From Scenedesmus sp. PABB004 (lineage: Eukaryota): 64,000 nt of DNA. The stretch is from contig CM026547.1 of the NCBI GenBank assembly GCA_014905635.1, positions 3,534,001 to 3,598,000 of the forward strand. The letters run 5' to 3'. The notes below the pieces were generated by a model, which saw nothing but the letters and a program-made list of their open reading frames with translations, searched no databases and had not been told where the DNA came from. Position 1 is the first letter of the stretch. The number at the start of each line of letters is the position of its first letter. Both the position numbers and the translations under genes were made by a program. Below, piece by piece: positions 1-13,067 of the stretch.

Positions 1-56
1 GCCTGCGGCGGCGGCGCCGCGTCCGACGCGCCCGCGCCGCCGCCGGCGCGCCGCAG

Positions 57-1512
57 GGACCCGCACCAGCGCCCGACCGCCAAGGAGGCGCTGAAGCACC
101 CCTGGCTGCAGGGCAACAGCAGCGAGCGCAGCATCGGCAAGCAGATCGACGTGAGCGTCGTCGCGCGCATCCAGCGCTTTGCTCAGAACAACCGCTTCAA
201 GCGCGGCGTGCTGCGCCTCATTGCGGAGGAGCTGCTCGCGCGCCCCGGCGCGCTCGCTGCCGAGTCGGCGCTCGCCGCCGAGGCGGCGGCCGCCGGCGGC
301 GGCGCCGCCGCGGGCTGGCCCGCCGCGAGCCCGAGCAGCGGCAACCCGATCATCCACGACCCGCACGGCAAGGCGATGCAGGAGATTTTCCGCAGCCTGG
401 AGCTCACGGGCGACGCGGTCGACCGCGAGCGCGCGGCGGTCGCGCTGAGCCGGTCGGGGTACAAGCTTGACCCGAGCGAGGTCGGGCGCCTGCTGGAGCA
501 GGTCGACACGAGCAACAGCGGCAAGGTCCGCCGCGGCGCGCTCGCGGCGAGCCAGATCGACTGGCGCTACCTGCAGCAGAACCAGATGAGCGACTGGCTC
601 GACATCGCGCGCCGCGCGTTTGCCTGCCTCGACAAGGACGCCGACGGCGCGCTGAGCGTGGCCGAGATCATGGACAGCCTGCGCGCCAAGCTGCCGCCCG
701 ACGAGCTGCGCCTCACTGTGCAGCAGGCCATGCTCGACGCGGGGCACGAGGGTGAGCGAGCGGCGCCGCGCGGCGGGCGGCGGCGCCGGCAGCCCGCGCC
801 GGCGGCTGGCTGGCTGCGGCAGCGCCGCCGCCCCGCTCGCGCGCGCGCCCACACCGTGCCCCCGCGCCGCGCCCGCGCCGCAGAGGACGCGGAGCACATG
901 GACTTTGAGGGCTTCCTGCGCATGCTCAAGGTCGGCAGCGTGGACAGCCTCGACCAGTACGACGCGCGCTGGGACCGCCCGCTCGCGTCGTCGTCGATCG
1001 GGTCCATCGACCGCCTGCAGTCGCTGCTCGACGTCTCGCAGCACGGCAGCGACGCCGGCAGCACGCGCGGGCAGGGGCTCTACGCGGGCGTGGCGCCCGC
1101 GGGCGTCGGCGCCGCCGCGCCGGGCGCCGCGCCGGGCGCCGGGGCCGCCGACTACAGCGACAAGTCGTGGCACAAGCCGATGGTCAACTTTAAGTTTGAC
1201 TTTGGGCACGAGTTCATCGGCCGCAAGCTCAACGACGCGCCCGCGGCGGCGGCGCAGGGCCCGCCGCAGACGCGCGGCGCGCCCGACGCGGCGCCCGAGC
1301 TGCCGCCGGCCGCGCCCGCGCCCGCGCCCGCGGGCGGCATCAGCGCGAGCAGCTACTTCAACAACGGCGCCGTGCGCGGCGGCGGGCACTTTGACAAGCG
1401 CATGCACGGCGCGTCGCTCTACCGCAACCAGGTCGTCGCGCCCGGCCCCGCCGCCAAGCACGCGGGCGCGCCCCTGCTCGCGTCGCACGCGCTGCCGACG
1501 GTCAAGGAGTGA
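57..1512 (+). CDS. Calcium-dependent protein kinase-like protein, 3' part (kinase end, junction, degenerate EF-hands); 5' end is upstream of the window
   Basis: After the acceptor at 55-56 the exon reads DPHQRPTAKEALKHPWL (kinase subdomain XI), then junction VVARIQRFAQNNRFKRGVLRLIAEEL and EF-hand-like loops VDTSNSGKV and LDKDADGALSVAE. Intron ~752-883; stop TGA 1510-1512. Confidence 0.8.
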
Positions 1513-2068
1513 GCGGGGGGAGGGGGAGGGGAGGGGCAGGGCAGCCCTCGGCTGCCCCTTTTTTGCGGCCCGCGGCGTGTGCCGCGCCGCCAGAACCTCA
1601 TACACGCGGCTCTGAGCCGCCGCCCGCCTGGCCTGTACACGAGGCTTGATTGATTGGCGCGCAACCGCTCACCCACCGAGCGTGCTGCGGCGCCGCTAGC
1701 GAGTGGCTCGACTGTGTCTGGCAGCGGGCGCTGGGGCGCGAGCGCGCGGGCGGCAAGGCCCTTGTGGCTGTGCCGACCCGCTGGTGATGCGTGGACTGTC
1801 TTGTTGCGTGCGTGGGCTGTTTTGTGCTGCCGGCACTTGAAGCTGGCAGCGGCCCTTCACACGGCGTAGTAAAGTGGGGCGCTTGTGGCCTGCCTTGTGT
1901 GGCCGAGCGCGCCGCGGAGGAGGAGCGTGGGAGGTGAGGGTCCGGCGTGTAGCACAACGCGGCGGCACAACGCGTCAGTTCAGCACGCACACCTCGGGCC
2001 GCCGCCCGCTGAGCAGGCAGAGCCCCCGCAGCAGCCGGGGCCAGGCCCGGTCAGAAGCAAGAGGCTGC

Positions 2069-5000
2069 ATGCGGCGGCACGCCCCACGATGGGCGGCAGC
2101 GAGCGCGTGGCGGGCAGCAGCAGCGGCGGCGGCAGCAGCGCGCTCTGCTGGGCGTGCCGCGGCGCCCCCAGCATGCACCTCCTTGCTGGCAGCGGCGTGG
2201 CCGGCAGCAGGCGCAGCAGCGCAGGCGCGCGGCTGGTTCTCGTTCGCGTTTGGCGGCGGCGACGAGCCGAGAGCGCCGACCTACCCGCAGCGGCCGCATC
2301 GCTTCCGCCTGGGCGAGCTCGAGGTGGAGGACGACCTCAGGTGCGTGTTGCGCGTCCGTCCGGCAGCTGCGGCACGCGCAGGGCGGCACGGCGGCGCGCT
2401 GATGGCGCCGCTGCCACGGCCCGCAGCTGGCTCGCCGACCATGAGGCGGCCAGGCCCTACCTGGAGCAGGAGCAGCGCTACGCCGAAAGCGTCCTGGCCC
2501 GCTGGTCGGGGCTGGCCGACCGGCTGCTGCGCGAGTTGCGCAGCTGCGCGGCGCAGGTGCGGCGCGGCGCGGCGCGGCGCGGCGCGCGGTGCGCGGTGGC
2601 GCGCCGCTCCGTCCTGGGGCGCGCGGCGAGGCTGGGCCGCCGCCGCGTCGGCAGGCCAACGACCCGCCCGAGCGCGTGGGGCCCTACACCTACCTCACCG
2701 CCGCCAACCCGCACGGCCCCGACACCATCCTGCGGCGGTCCGAGATTGGCGCGGAGCAGGTCGTGCTCTCCGCGGCCATCATGGCACGCGACGCCACCCG
2801 CCTCTCGCGCCGCCTGGCCGCGCCGGTGCAAGGCACGGCCGCAGCGGCCACGCCGCGCGCGCGCGCGCGCCGCGGGCGGGGGCTCAGCGCGCGCCGCGCC
2901 GCGCCGCGCCGGCCAGGCGACGTGCTCGGCGGGCTCAAGCTGTCGCGCGACCAGCAGCTGCTGGCGTACAGCCTGCAGGTCGGGCAGGGCTCGGACCGCT
3001 TTGCCGCTGTCGTGCGGGACCTGCGCACTGGTACGGGCCGCCCCGCTGCTGCGCACCCGCCGCCGCGCGCGCCGGGCGCCCGTGGCCGAGAGCGCGCCGC
3101 CGCGCCCCCCCGCAGGGCGCACGCTCAGCAGCTGCGTTCTGCCCAGCGCCAGCAGCTTCGAGTGGTCGGCCGACGGTCGCTGCCTGTATTACTGCGTGCC
3201 GGACGCCGCCGGGCGGCCCAGCAACGTGCGGCATGCGCCGGGGCGCGCTGCCGCCGCCGCCGCGCCGCCGCCCACGCGCCGCCGCCGCGCGGCGGCACCG
3301 CGCGGGGGGGCGCAGGTATACCGCCGGCTGCTGGGCGGCGCCGCGGGCGAGCCGGACGCGCTGCTGTACTCGGAGCCCGACCCCAAGCACTATGTGACGC
3401 TCACGCGCACCAAGGACTGGCGCTACGTGCTCATCAACAGCCACGCCAAGCTCAGCTCCGAGGCGCGCCAACGCCGGCGCGCGCCGCGCAGCGCCGCGCC
3501 GCGCCGCGCGTGCGTGGGCCCAGCCCCTGCCCGCGCCGCCGCGCGCGCAGGTGCACCTGCTCGACGCGGCCGAGCCGGCGGCGGCGCCGCTGTGCGTGGC
3601 GCGCCGCGCGCCGGGGGTTGAGTACTTTGTGGAGCACAGCCGCGGCCACTTGCTGCTGCTCACCAACGCGCGCCTCAGCGGCAGCGCCGCCGGTAGCGAT
3701 GGCAGCGGCGGCGCCGGCAGCGAGGGCAGCGGCGGCGGCGCCGGCAGCGAGGGCAGCGGCAGCGGGCCAGAGCCCGGCTGCGGCGGCGGCGGCGGGCCCG
3801 AGCCCGTCGCCAGCGACTACAGCCTGGCCACCGTGCCCGTCGCAGAGGCGGCGGCGGGGCGCGGCGGCGTGGCGGCGTGGCGGCTGCTCGTGCCGGAGCG
3901 CCCCGGCGCGGCGGTGACCGACATGGATGCGTTCCGGTGCTGCCTGGTGCTGCACGAGCTCGCCGAGGGCCGCCCGCAGCTGCGGCTCGTGCGCCTGGCG
4001 GAGCAGTCGCGCGGGCGGGGGCGGCCGCCCGAGCTGGCGGTCGCGGGCGAGCAGGAGGTGGCGCTGCCGGACTGGGCGCTCGCGGCGCGGCCGGGCATCA
4101 ACCAGGACCACGCCGCCGCGGGGCTGCGGCTCTATGCGAGCAGCCCGGCGCTGCCCGAGGTGCCGCTGGAGCTGGACCTCGCGACGGGGCAGCTGCACGG
4201 CGTGGGGCGGCGCGGGCGGCGCGTGGAACAGGCGGAGCCGCCGCCCGGCGCGGCGGCGCCGCCCGCGGGCCCGCCGCCCGGGCCCGACCAGGGCCTCGAG
4301 TGCAGCCGCCTGTGGGCGACGGCGCGCGACGGCGCGCGCGTGCCGGTGACGCTGCTGCGCGCGCGCGGCGCGGCGGCCCAGGCGGGCGGCGGGCCGCTGC
4401 TGGTGGAGGTGTATGGAGCGTACGGCCAGGCGCTGGAGGCGGACTTCCGGCCGCACCGCCTGCCGCTGCTGCAGCGCGGCTGGTCCGTCGCGCTCGCGCA
4501 CGTGCGTGGCGGCGGCGAGCTGGGCCGCAGGTGCGGGCGAGGGGCGGCCCGGCGGCATGGGGAGGCGCAGGGCTGGGGGCGGGCGCTGCCGCAGCGCGCG
4601 CCGCGCGCGCCGCCGCGTCGCGGCCCGCGACACGCCCGCATCTGCGCGCGCGCGCGCGCAGGTGGCACGCCGGCGGGCGGCAGCTGCTCAAGGCCAACTC
4701 GGTGCACGACCTGCTCGCCTGCGTCGACCTGCTGGTCGATGCGGGCGTGACGAGCCGCGGCCGCGTCGCGGGCCACGCGGCGAGCGCGGGCGCGCTCACG
4801 CTCGCGGCGGCGGTCAACGCGGCGCCGGGGCGTTTGCGGCAATCGTGCTCGAGGCGCCGTTTGTCGACTGGGCGGGCGCGATGGGCGGCGACGGCGCGGC
4901 GCACCCGCTCGCGCGGCACGAGGTCGACGAGTGGGGCGATGCCGCGGCGCAGCCCGAGGTCGCCGCGCTCGTGCGGGGGCTGTGCCCCTTCACCAACCTG

Positions 5001-5285
5001 GCACCGCGCGGCCAGCCGCCCGGCGCGGTGCCGCTGCCCGCCGCGCTGGTGACGGCGGGCCTGCAGGACGCGCGCGTGCCGTTCTGGATGCCGCTCAAGT
5101 GGGTCGCCCGCGCGCGGCGCGCCGCGGCGCTCGCGGCGGCGGCGCGCGGCGCCGACCCGGACGAGGCGCGCCCCGTGGTGCTGCTCTACGACGAGGCCGC
5201 CGGGCACTTCAGCCGGGGGCAGTCGGGCGGCTGCCTGGAGGACACGGCGCAGCAGCTGGCGTTCCTGCTCGGACACGTCGCGTGA
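2069..5285 (+). CDS. Oligopeptidase B / prolyl oligopeptidase family S9A protein with Arg/Ala-rich organellar presequence (multi-exon; apparent 1-nt frameshift at ~4827-4830)
   Basis: Spliced exons give [67 protein letters not shown], nucleophile elbow [18 protein letters not shown] (Asp) and EAAGHF (His). Confidence 0.85.
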
Positions 5286-5699
5286 GCTGCGCGCGCGCGC
5301 GCGCGGCGGCGGCGCGGGCGCGGCGGGCGCGCGCGCGGGCGGCGGCGGTGCAACGTGGTCCGTCACGTCGCCTGCACGACCGGGGCGGGTTGCAAGCCCA
5401 GGTTTTGCAAGCCCGGGCGCCCGTCTACGGCGTGCCCTGCACCCTCGTCGCTCACGCCTTCGCTCAGTCCTCGCTGCTGCTGCGGCAGAGCCATCCTCTG
5501 TGCTGCTGCCTCCCCGGCCCCGCCCGGCCCCGCCCGCCCGCGGCTGCGCTCCCAGAAGCACTCCTCGCCGCCGCCCCGCCCGCCCCGCGCTCGCCTGCGG
5601 GCGCGCGACGCCGCAACCGCCCGGCGCTGCTGCCGCGCCGCCCGAGCGCCGCCACCGCCGTGCCGCCCGCTGGGCGCGGGGCGCGCGCCGCGGGGCAGC

Positions 5700-5858
5700 A
5701 TGGGCATCTGGATGTCGCGCCTGCTCTCGTACTTTGGCGAGAAGGAGGCGCGCATCCTCGTGCTCGGCCTCGACAACGCCGGCAAGACCACCATCCTCTG
5801 TGAGCGCCGCCGCGCGCGGCGCGCGCCACGGCGCGCCCGTGGGCGCGCCGCGGAGCCG

Positions 5859-5890
<32 letters not shown>

Positions 5891-6802
5891 CACCAGCGGC
5901 GGCGGCGGCGAGCAGCAGCAGCGCGAGCAGCGGCGCTGAGCAGCAGCGGCCGCCCCGCCACGCCACGCCGCGCCGCGCGCAGACCGGTTGCAAGTGGGCG
6001 AGGTGGTCTCCACCATCCCGAGTGAGTGCGCGCGCAGCGGCGCCGCCCCGCGCGCGCCCGCCTCGGGCGCCGCCCCGCCCGCGCCCGCCGACGCCGACGC
6101 CGACGCCGCGCCGCGCCGCGCCAGCGATCGGGTTTAACGTCGAGACCGTGTCGTACAAAAACATCAAGTTCCAGGTCTGGGACCTCGGCGGCCAGACCAG
6201 CATCCGGCCGTACTGGCGCTGCTACTACCCAAACACCCAGGTGCGCCCGCCCGCGCCGCGGCGGCCGCCCGCACGGCGGCGGCGGCGGCGGCAGCGGCGG
6301 CGGCAGCAGGAGCCGGGCGGGCGCCGCGCTCAACACTGCGGTGCACGCGCGCGCGGCCGCGTGCAGGCGATCATCTACGTGGTCGACAGCAGCGACGTGG
6401 AGCGCATGGGCATCAGCAAGGAGGAGTTCCACGCCATCGTGGAGGAGGAGGAGCTCAAGGACGCGCTCATCCTGGTCTACGCCAACAAGCAGGCGCGCGC
6501 ACGCACACGCACGCACACGGCCCGCAGCCCGCAGCCCGCAGCCCGCGCCCACAGCGCGCGCCGCGGCGCAGCGGCGGCGCCCCGCCGCGCGGGCGACTGA
6601 GCCGCCGCCGCCGCCGCCGCGCGCCCGCCGCGCGCAGGACCTGCCGGGCGCGCTGTCGGACGCGCAGGTCGCCGAGGCGCTGGGGCTGGCCGACATCCGC
6701 AGCCGCGACTGGGCGATCTTCAAGACCTCTGCCATCAAGGGCGACGGCCTGTTTGAGGGCCTCGACTGGCTGGCCAACACGCTCAAGGCGCGCGGCCGGT
6801 GA
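5700..6802 (+). CDS. ARL1: ADP-ribosylation factor-like GTPase 1 (5 exons)
   Basis: [109 protein letters not shown]. Exons ~5700-5799, 5983-6021, 6125-6240, 6367-6492, 6638-6802. Confidence 0.95.
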
Positions 6803-7381
6803 CGGCGCCCGCTGCGGCTCGGCGCGGCGCGCGGGCGGCGCCGCAGCAGCAGCAGCGGCGGCGGGGGAGCCGGCAACGACGGGGCCGCCAGCGGCGGGTG
6901 CGGGCGCAGCGGCGCCCGCGCGGCAGCTGGCGGCGGGCGTGCAGCTGACGGGAGGGGAGGGGGGAGGGAGCCTTGCAGGGGCGGGCCGAGGATGCAGCCC
7001 ACCAGGCGCGGGTGCGGCGTTCACTGGTGTGCGGCGGCCCGCGGGCGAGGAGGGAGGGCAAGAACCCTGTTACTCGGCCGCAACAGTGCTGCCGGCGCCC
7101 GGCCGTCTCCGCTCAGCAGCAGCAGCATGCGGCCGCCCCGCCTGGCGGCGGGCGCGGCAAAGAAGCCAAAAGGCAGAGTCAAACTCGCTCGCGCGGCAGA
7201 CGGCAGACGCCCAGGCCCCACTCTGGGGCCGCCCTCAGCAGGGCGCAAAGCAACGCCAACGCCCCGCGTGGCATGATGACGGTGTGTTGGTACAAGGCGG
7301 CGCGGCGCCGGGCCGTCCGCCGGCGCGGCCCCGCGCGCCGCGCGGCCGGGTGGCGGGCGCCGCGCGCGCGCGCGGGGCGCG

Positions 7382-8618
7382 TCACGTGGCGACCGCGGCG
7401 TAGCCGGCCGCGTTGAGCGCCTCGAGCGCGTCCGCCTGGCTCTCAAAGAACGCCTGGTAGAGCTCGCCGCTGAGGTTGATGCTCGCGCACCAGCGCCCGT
7501 CGTGCGTCGCCACGACGCTGCTCGTGCCCTCCGGCACGGCCAGCGCCTCGACCGGCGTCACGCGGAACACGCCGTCCACGGGGACCTCGTACTCCTCCTC
7601 CTCGCCGCCCTCCCCCGCGGGGCCCGCGAGCCGCTGCATCGCGCGACGCTTGTTGGACTTGGCCCGCGGCTGCGCGCGGCGGCGGGCGGGCACACGTCGG
7701 CGGCGGCGGGGCGCGGGCGGCGGGGCGCGGGCGCCACCGCCTGCAGCCTGCGGCGCGCGGCGCCGACGCCTGCAGCACGCGCGCGCCGCGGCCCGCACCT
7801 GGTCTCGCCGCACGCCCCTGCTGCCCGGCGTCGGCGACGGCCGCCGCACGGGGGGCTTGCGCGTCGCGTCGGCCTTTGTCGGCGGGCGGCCGGCCAGCAC
7901 GATCGTCGCATCCTCCTTTTGTGCAAAGATGAGCACGTCGCCCATGCGCAGGTGGTAGTGGTGCTGCAGCTCCGCCGTGCCCTCCAGGAGGTACATGCGG
8001 CTCTGGTTGTTGATCCAAAACCTGCGGGCCAGGCGAGGACCAGCGGCGGCGGCGCCGCGGCGCGGGGGTGGGCCGGCTGCCGCCCCGCGCGCGCCGCCGC
8101 TGGCTGCGCGGGCGCTGCCGCGCGCGCGACGGCGCCCGCCGCCGCGCCAGGCTGCGCCCCGCGCCGCGCGCGGCGCCCGCTCCGCGGCGCCAGGCTGCGC
8201 CGCCCGCGCCGCGCGCGCCCCTCGCGGCCACACGCGCCTGAAGCGCAGCGAGTAGAGCTCGCCCGCCGCGTCCTCGACCGCCAGGTCGGTGCCGATGGGC
8301 GTGTCTATCCGCGGGAAGTACTGCTCGGCGATGGCCTGGCGCGGCGCGCGCCCGGGGCGGCGCGGCAGCGGCGTGAGGCAGCGGCGGCGGGCGCGCGGCG
8401 CGCGCCGGCGCCGGCGGCGCGGCGGCCGCGCCGCGCCGCCCGGCGCCGCGCGCCCCCGACCCGGAGGCCCCTCCGCCCGCCGGTGGGCGCACCTTGGGCA
8501 CCACGACGCGCCCCGAGGCGCTGACATCGCTGGAGGTGAGCTGCTTCTCGAAGAACACCTTCGCCCCGATGTCCTCCAGCTGCTTGAACACCTGCTCCGC
8601 GCGCCACTCGTTCTCCAT
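7382..8618 (-). CDS. B3 DNA-binding domain transcription factor (ABI3/VAL-type B3)
   Basis: Spliced: FFEKQLTSSDVSASGRVVVPK-AIAEQYFP...YSLRFR-FWINNQSRMYLLEGTAELQHHYHLRMGDVLIF, matching the LAV-family B3 consensus. Confidence 0.88.
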
Positions 8619-9025
8619 CGCCGGCGCGCCCGCCCGGCGCGCTGCGGCGCGGGCTGCGGCGTGTGTGGCCCCGAGCTCCGCCTCGCCGCGCGTCGCCTGC
8701 GGCCTGCCTGCCCGTCCGGGGGCGCTGCGCAGTCGCTGCGGGGCGGGGCGCCAAGAGCGGGCGCCTGTGGGCGCGGCGCCTCGCGCGGGGACGGGGGCGG
8801 GCGCGGTGGCGCGGTGGTTGTGCGGCCTCCACGCGGGGCAGGACCTGGCTGTGACGTGCGCTGCGCAGCTGCGGTCTGGACAGGACGGCGGCGCGGCGGG
8901 GGGCTCAAAGCGCGCGGTCCAGCCCGCCACCATCCTCCTGCGCCCGCCGAGTTGCCTCACGCCCGCCACCGGGCGCGCTTCCAGTCGCCCCGCGCCTCAC
9001 GCACGCGTCGTCGCTCGCCAGCAGC

Positions 9026-10405
9026 ATGGCCTCCTCCTCAGCGATGCGCGCCGCGGGCGCGGTCGCCCGCCTGGCGTGGGCCCGCGCCGCGCAGGGCGCG
9101 CCCGGCGTGGCCGGCGCGCCCGCCCTGACGCAGCTGCTGCCGGCGCTGGCGCAGGTGCGACGCGCGGCGCGCGGCGGGGACCCGCGGATGGGGCGCGGGG
9201 CGCAGCAGCAGACGGGCCCACGCGCACCCGCACCCGCAGGCGCGCCCCCGGGGCGGCTGGGGCTGCGGCGACGCCTGGACCGGCGTCATGGGCCCGTCCG
9301 GCCGGCACCTGGCCACCGACGGCGGCGAGACGCGGCGCACCGGCGGCGCGCAGGCCGGCGACAGCAGCGGCGACGACGACGCCGGGCCCCGCGCCGCGGG
9401 CGTTGCGGCGGACGAGGCCGCCGGCAGCAGCGAGCTGTCGGAGCTGCAGGCGCTGCTGGACAAGGCGCAGGAGGAGGTGGGGGCCGGCCGGCGGCGGCGG
9501 CCACGGGCGGCGGCCACGGGCGGCCGCGCGCGCGGGCGGCCGCGCGGGCTCCGGCCACTGCTCACGGCGGCGGCGGCGCCCCGCCGTCGCAGGCGACGAG
9601 CTTCAAGGACCGCTGGCAGCGCAGCCACGCGGAGATGCAAAACCTCATCGCGCGGCAGGCGCGGGAGAAGGAGACGATGCAGACGTACGCCGTGCAGGTG
9701 CGGCGGCGGCGGGCGGCGGCGGGCGGCGGGGGGCGGTGGCGCGGGCCAGCGCGCGGGCCAGCCCCCGGCCTCCGACGCCCGCCGGACTCTGGCGCCCGCG
9801 GGTGGCCGGGCGCGCAGAAATTTGCGCAGTCGCTGCTGGAGGTCGCGGACAACCTGGAGTCGGCCGCCAAGGCGGTGCCGCCGGAGGTGCTGCAGCCAGG
9901 CGCGGAGCTGAGCGCTGAGAAGGCGCTGGCCTACCTCAGGGCGCTGCTGGAGGGCGTGCAGGCGACGGAGCGCGTGCTGCTCAAGGTGCGTGCTGCGCCG
10001 GCGGGCGGCCGCGCGGCCGCGGCCGAATCGCTGCCCCCGCGTGCGCGCCATGTGCCGGGCTGAGCCCCCTGCGTGCTGCGGCGCCGCAGACGATGGCGTC
10101 CAAGGGCGTCGAGCGCATCGAGACCGCGCCGGGCGACGCGTTTGACCCCAACGCGCACGAGGCGATGTCGACCGTGCCCGCCGCCACCCCGGACGCCAAG
10201 CCCGGCTCCGTGGCCATCGTCTGGCAGGTGCGCGGCGGCCGCCCCGCGGCGCAGGGGGCCCCGGCGGCTGCCAGTCAGCGCGGGCCCGCGCGCCGGCGGC
10301 CTGCGCCAACCGAGCTGCCGTCCGCCCGCCGCGGCCCCTCAGTCCGGCTACAAAATTCACGACCGCGTCCTGCGGGCGGCCAAGGTCATCGTGGTGCAGG
10401 AGTGA
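9026..10405 (+). CDS. grpE: GrpE nucleotide exchange factor, probably mitochondrial
   Basis: Arg/Ala-rich presequence; DRWQRSHAEMQNL, KFAQSLLEVADNLE, LLEGVQATERVLLK, GDAFDPNAHEAM and last exon SGYKIHDRVLRAAKVIVVQE. Confidence 0.92.
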
Positions 10406-10823
10406 GCGCCGCCGCCGCCCCAGCGCGCGCGGTGCAGCAGCGTGGTGACGCCGCGCCGCGGTCGGGGGCTGCCGTTGTTGCACCGGGCCGCCGCAGCGGC
10501 GCGCGGCCCCGCGGGGTGGCTCTGATGCGGTCACGGCCGTGTAAAGCGCCGGGAGCGGCGGCGCGTGGCACGGTGTCGGCGGCGGTTGCAGCTGGCTGCT
10601 GCGTGTCATGCTGGCCCGGCCCGGCCGACCGCGCGGCCCGTGCCGCGGCGCCGCCCGCGCGCTGGCGCATGGCAGCGGCGTGGGCGCGCGGACGGCGCGC
10701 CGAGGGGGCCTTTTCCGCTGCGCACGGCGCGGGGCGGTCCCGGCCGGCAGAAGCCTGAACTCAAGTTCAAGTTTGCGCAGCAGCCAGGCCCCCCGCCGCG
10801 CCGCCGCCGCCCAGTCGACGCCG
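10323..10823 (+). repeat. Inverted duplication, copy 1 (GrpE last acceptor, last exon, 3' region); partner 15284-15783
   Basis: By-eye comparison: reverse complement of 15284-15783 matches 10323-10823 with only scattered substitutions and small indels (e.g. aagcctgaactcaagttcaagtttgcgcagcagcc in both). Confidence 0.95.
10540..10544 (+). promoter_or_regulatory. TGTAA polyadenylation signal of GrpE
   Basis: Chlorophyte-type TGTAA ~135 nt after the GrpE stop codon. Confidence 0.6.
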
Positions 10824-10843
10824 CGCCGCCAGGCGCCAGCGCG

Positions 10844-12125
10844 TCAGCAGTCCTTGGCGGCGCCGGCGGCATCAAAGTCCACGATGCGCCGCGTGTAGGC
10901 GATCGGCAGCGCGACGACGCCCGCGAGCGCGAGCAGCGGCCGCCAGCGCGCGTCGCCCAGGGCGGGCCAGTCAGCCAGCAGCACGAGGTAGACGGCCAGC
11001 TCGATCAATTGGATGGTCGCGCCCAGGTAGTCGCCAACCACGCCGCCAATGACCGAGGTTCCGTACAGCCCCGCCGCCGCGCTCACCGCCAGCACGGTCG
11101 CGACCACCAGCGCGCCGCGCGCGGCGCCGAGCAGCGCGAGCGGCACCAGCGCGGCGCTCGCGGCGCTCAGCGCCACGCGCCGCGCCGTCAGCAGGCGCCG
11201 GCTCTGCGCGAGGGGGTTGTAGAGGCCCTGCTTGGCGTCCTCCTCGTCCTCCAGGTAGTCGCAGGTGTAGATGAGCGCGGCGCTGCTCCAGCGGCTCGCG
11301 CAGTGCGCCGCCACGAGCGCGGGCGCCGCCGCGCCGCCGAGCGCAGCGAGCGCGGCGAGCTTGAGCTGCAGCACCAGCGCCACGCCGACCAGGGCGTACG
11401 TGCCCACGCTGCGGGCGCGTGGTGGCGCGGCGGCGCGGCGGCGCGGGGCGGTCGGTGACGCTCCCAGCAGCACCGCCGCGAGCGGGGCCGCCACGCCGCC
11501 GGCCGCGTCGGCGCCGCGCTGCTGCGCGTCCCTCTCACCGCGAGTCCTTCATGATGGCCAGGATCTGGCGCTTGCCCCAACCGCCGCCAAAGCCATCAAA
11601 CGAGTCGGCGAGCCCGTCCTCGTGGAAGCAGCCGGTGAGCCAGACCGTCGAGAGCGTGCTGACGCCCGCCGCGACCGCGGGCGGCAGCACCGCCGCGGCG
11701 GCGCGCAGGAACGCGGCGCCCCAGAGGCCGACCACGGCCCCGAGGAGCGGGAACCAGGCCATCGCGCGCATGAGCATCGCGGGGTGGTGGTCAACGTGCC
11801 GCGGCACCGGCAGGCGCGTGATGAACGCGAGGCCTGGCAGCACGCAGCGCGCGGCGTGGGCGCGCTGGCGCGGCGTGGGCGCGCTGGCGCGGCGCGCGCC
11901 CGCACGGCGTGGGCGCGCTGGCGCGGCGCGCGCCCGCCACGGCGCGCCGTGCTGCGCACCCGTGAAGAAGACGCGCAGCTCGCCGTTGCGCAGGGAGGCG
12001 GCGTCGTAGGGGTCCCCGCCGTCGCGCGTGCCCGGGCCGCGCGCAGCAACGTCAGCCGCTGGCACCACGCCGGCCGCCCGCAGCGCGGCCGTCGACGGCG
12101 GCCCGCCGCGCTTGTTCGGCGCCAT
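10844..12125 (-). CDS. cobS: Cobalamin-5'-phosphate synthase (adenosylcobinamide-GDP ribazoletransferase), 3 exons
   Basis: FITRLPVP, AWFPLLGAVVG, LTGCFHEDGLADSFDGFGGG, ILAIMKDSR/VGTYA and IGGVVGDYLGATIQLIE are CobS hallmark motifs; several TM segments. GT-AG introns ~11959-11835 and ~11538-11410. Confidence 0.93.
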
Positions 12126-13067
12126 CGGGCAGCCGCGCCCTACAGGTGCCGCTGCTGGCCGCGCCGATGGCGGGGCTCACTGCAGCGCCGCTGCGGCTCA
12201 ACGCGCCCGGCAGCCGGCGCTGCCGGCCAGGCGGCCGCCGCTGCTTGCGGCTGGTGCCGCCGCTGCCCGGCCGCGGCCTCTGAGCTGCGCGCCTCGTGAG
12301 GATCACACTTGCGCGCTCTGATGCAGTGAGGGCGGCCGGCGGGAGCGCCTGGCGCGCGTGGCAGGGGCGGCGGCGGCACATGAGCAGCTGCGCTCGAACC
12401 CTGCCGCGGCGACGCGCCCGCCCGCCCGGCCTCCCCTGGCTCAGGCCGCGAAGCCAGCAGCTTGCGAGAGCTGTGCGAAGCTGCTCGCGCACCAGGCGCC
12501 TGGTTACCGACCGCGCTCGGCCAGCGCGCACGCGGCGGCCAGCCTCGGGTGCGCGAGTGGCACAGGAGTCGCGAGGCCGCCCGCGCAGCTCGAGTGCAGC
12601 CAGCGCTCCGTGCCAGAAAACTCGCACCCCCACCGCCGTCCCGGTGGCTCGCGGCCCGCGCTGCCGGGCGGCAGCACAGGCGGCACGGCCGCCGCGCGCC
12701 CTCGCTGGACCGCGTGCAAGATGCACCCAAAACACAGCTGCCCGAGCGCCTGGCTGCCGCCAAAAGAACAGACACTCCGCGCAGCGCTCGCACGCCCGGC
12801 GGCGCGCTGCCGCCGCTGGCGGCGTTGCCCGGGACGCTCACGCGCCGTCGCCGCCCGCCCGCGCACCTGCCTAGCTGCCGGCAGCGGCCCGCTGCCGCCA
12901 CCGCCTACCTGCCTGCCTGCCTACGCAGCAACACCCACCACACGCGTGCGCGCGCCGGGGGCGCCGGCTGCGGGACCGGCGCGGCGAGACCGCCCGGCCA
13001 GCCCGCGCGCGCGCGCGCGCGCTGGCCGGCAGCCAGCCGCGCCCGGCGGGCCGCTGGCTGCGGCGCG

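Noticed and set aside
7273..7279. Box C motif ATGATGA suggesting a snoRNA
   Set aside because: No box D (CTGA) or terminal stem at a suitable distance; it lies in 3'UTR space.
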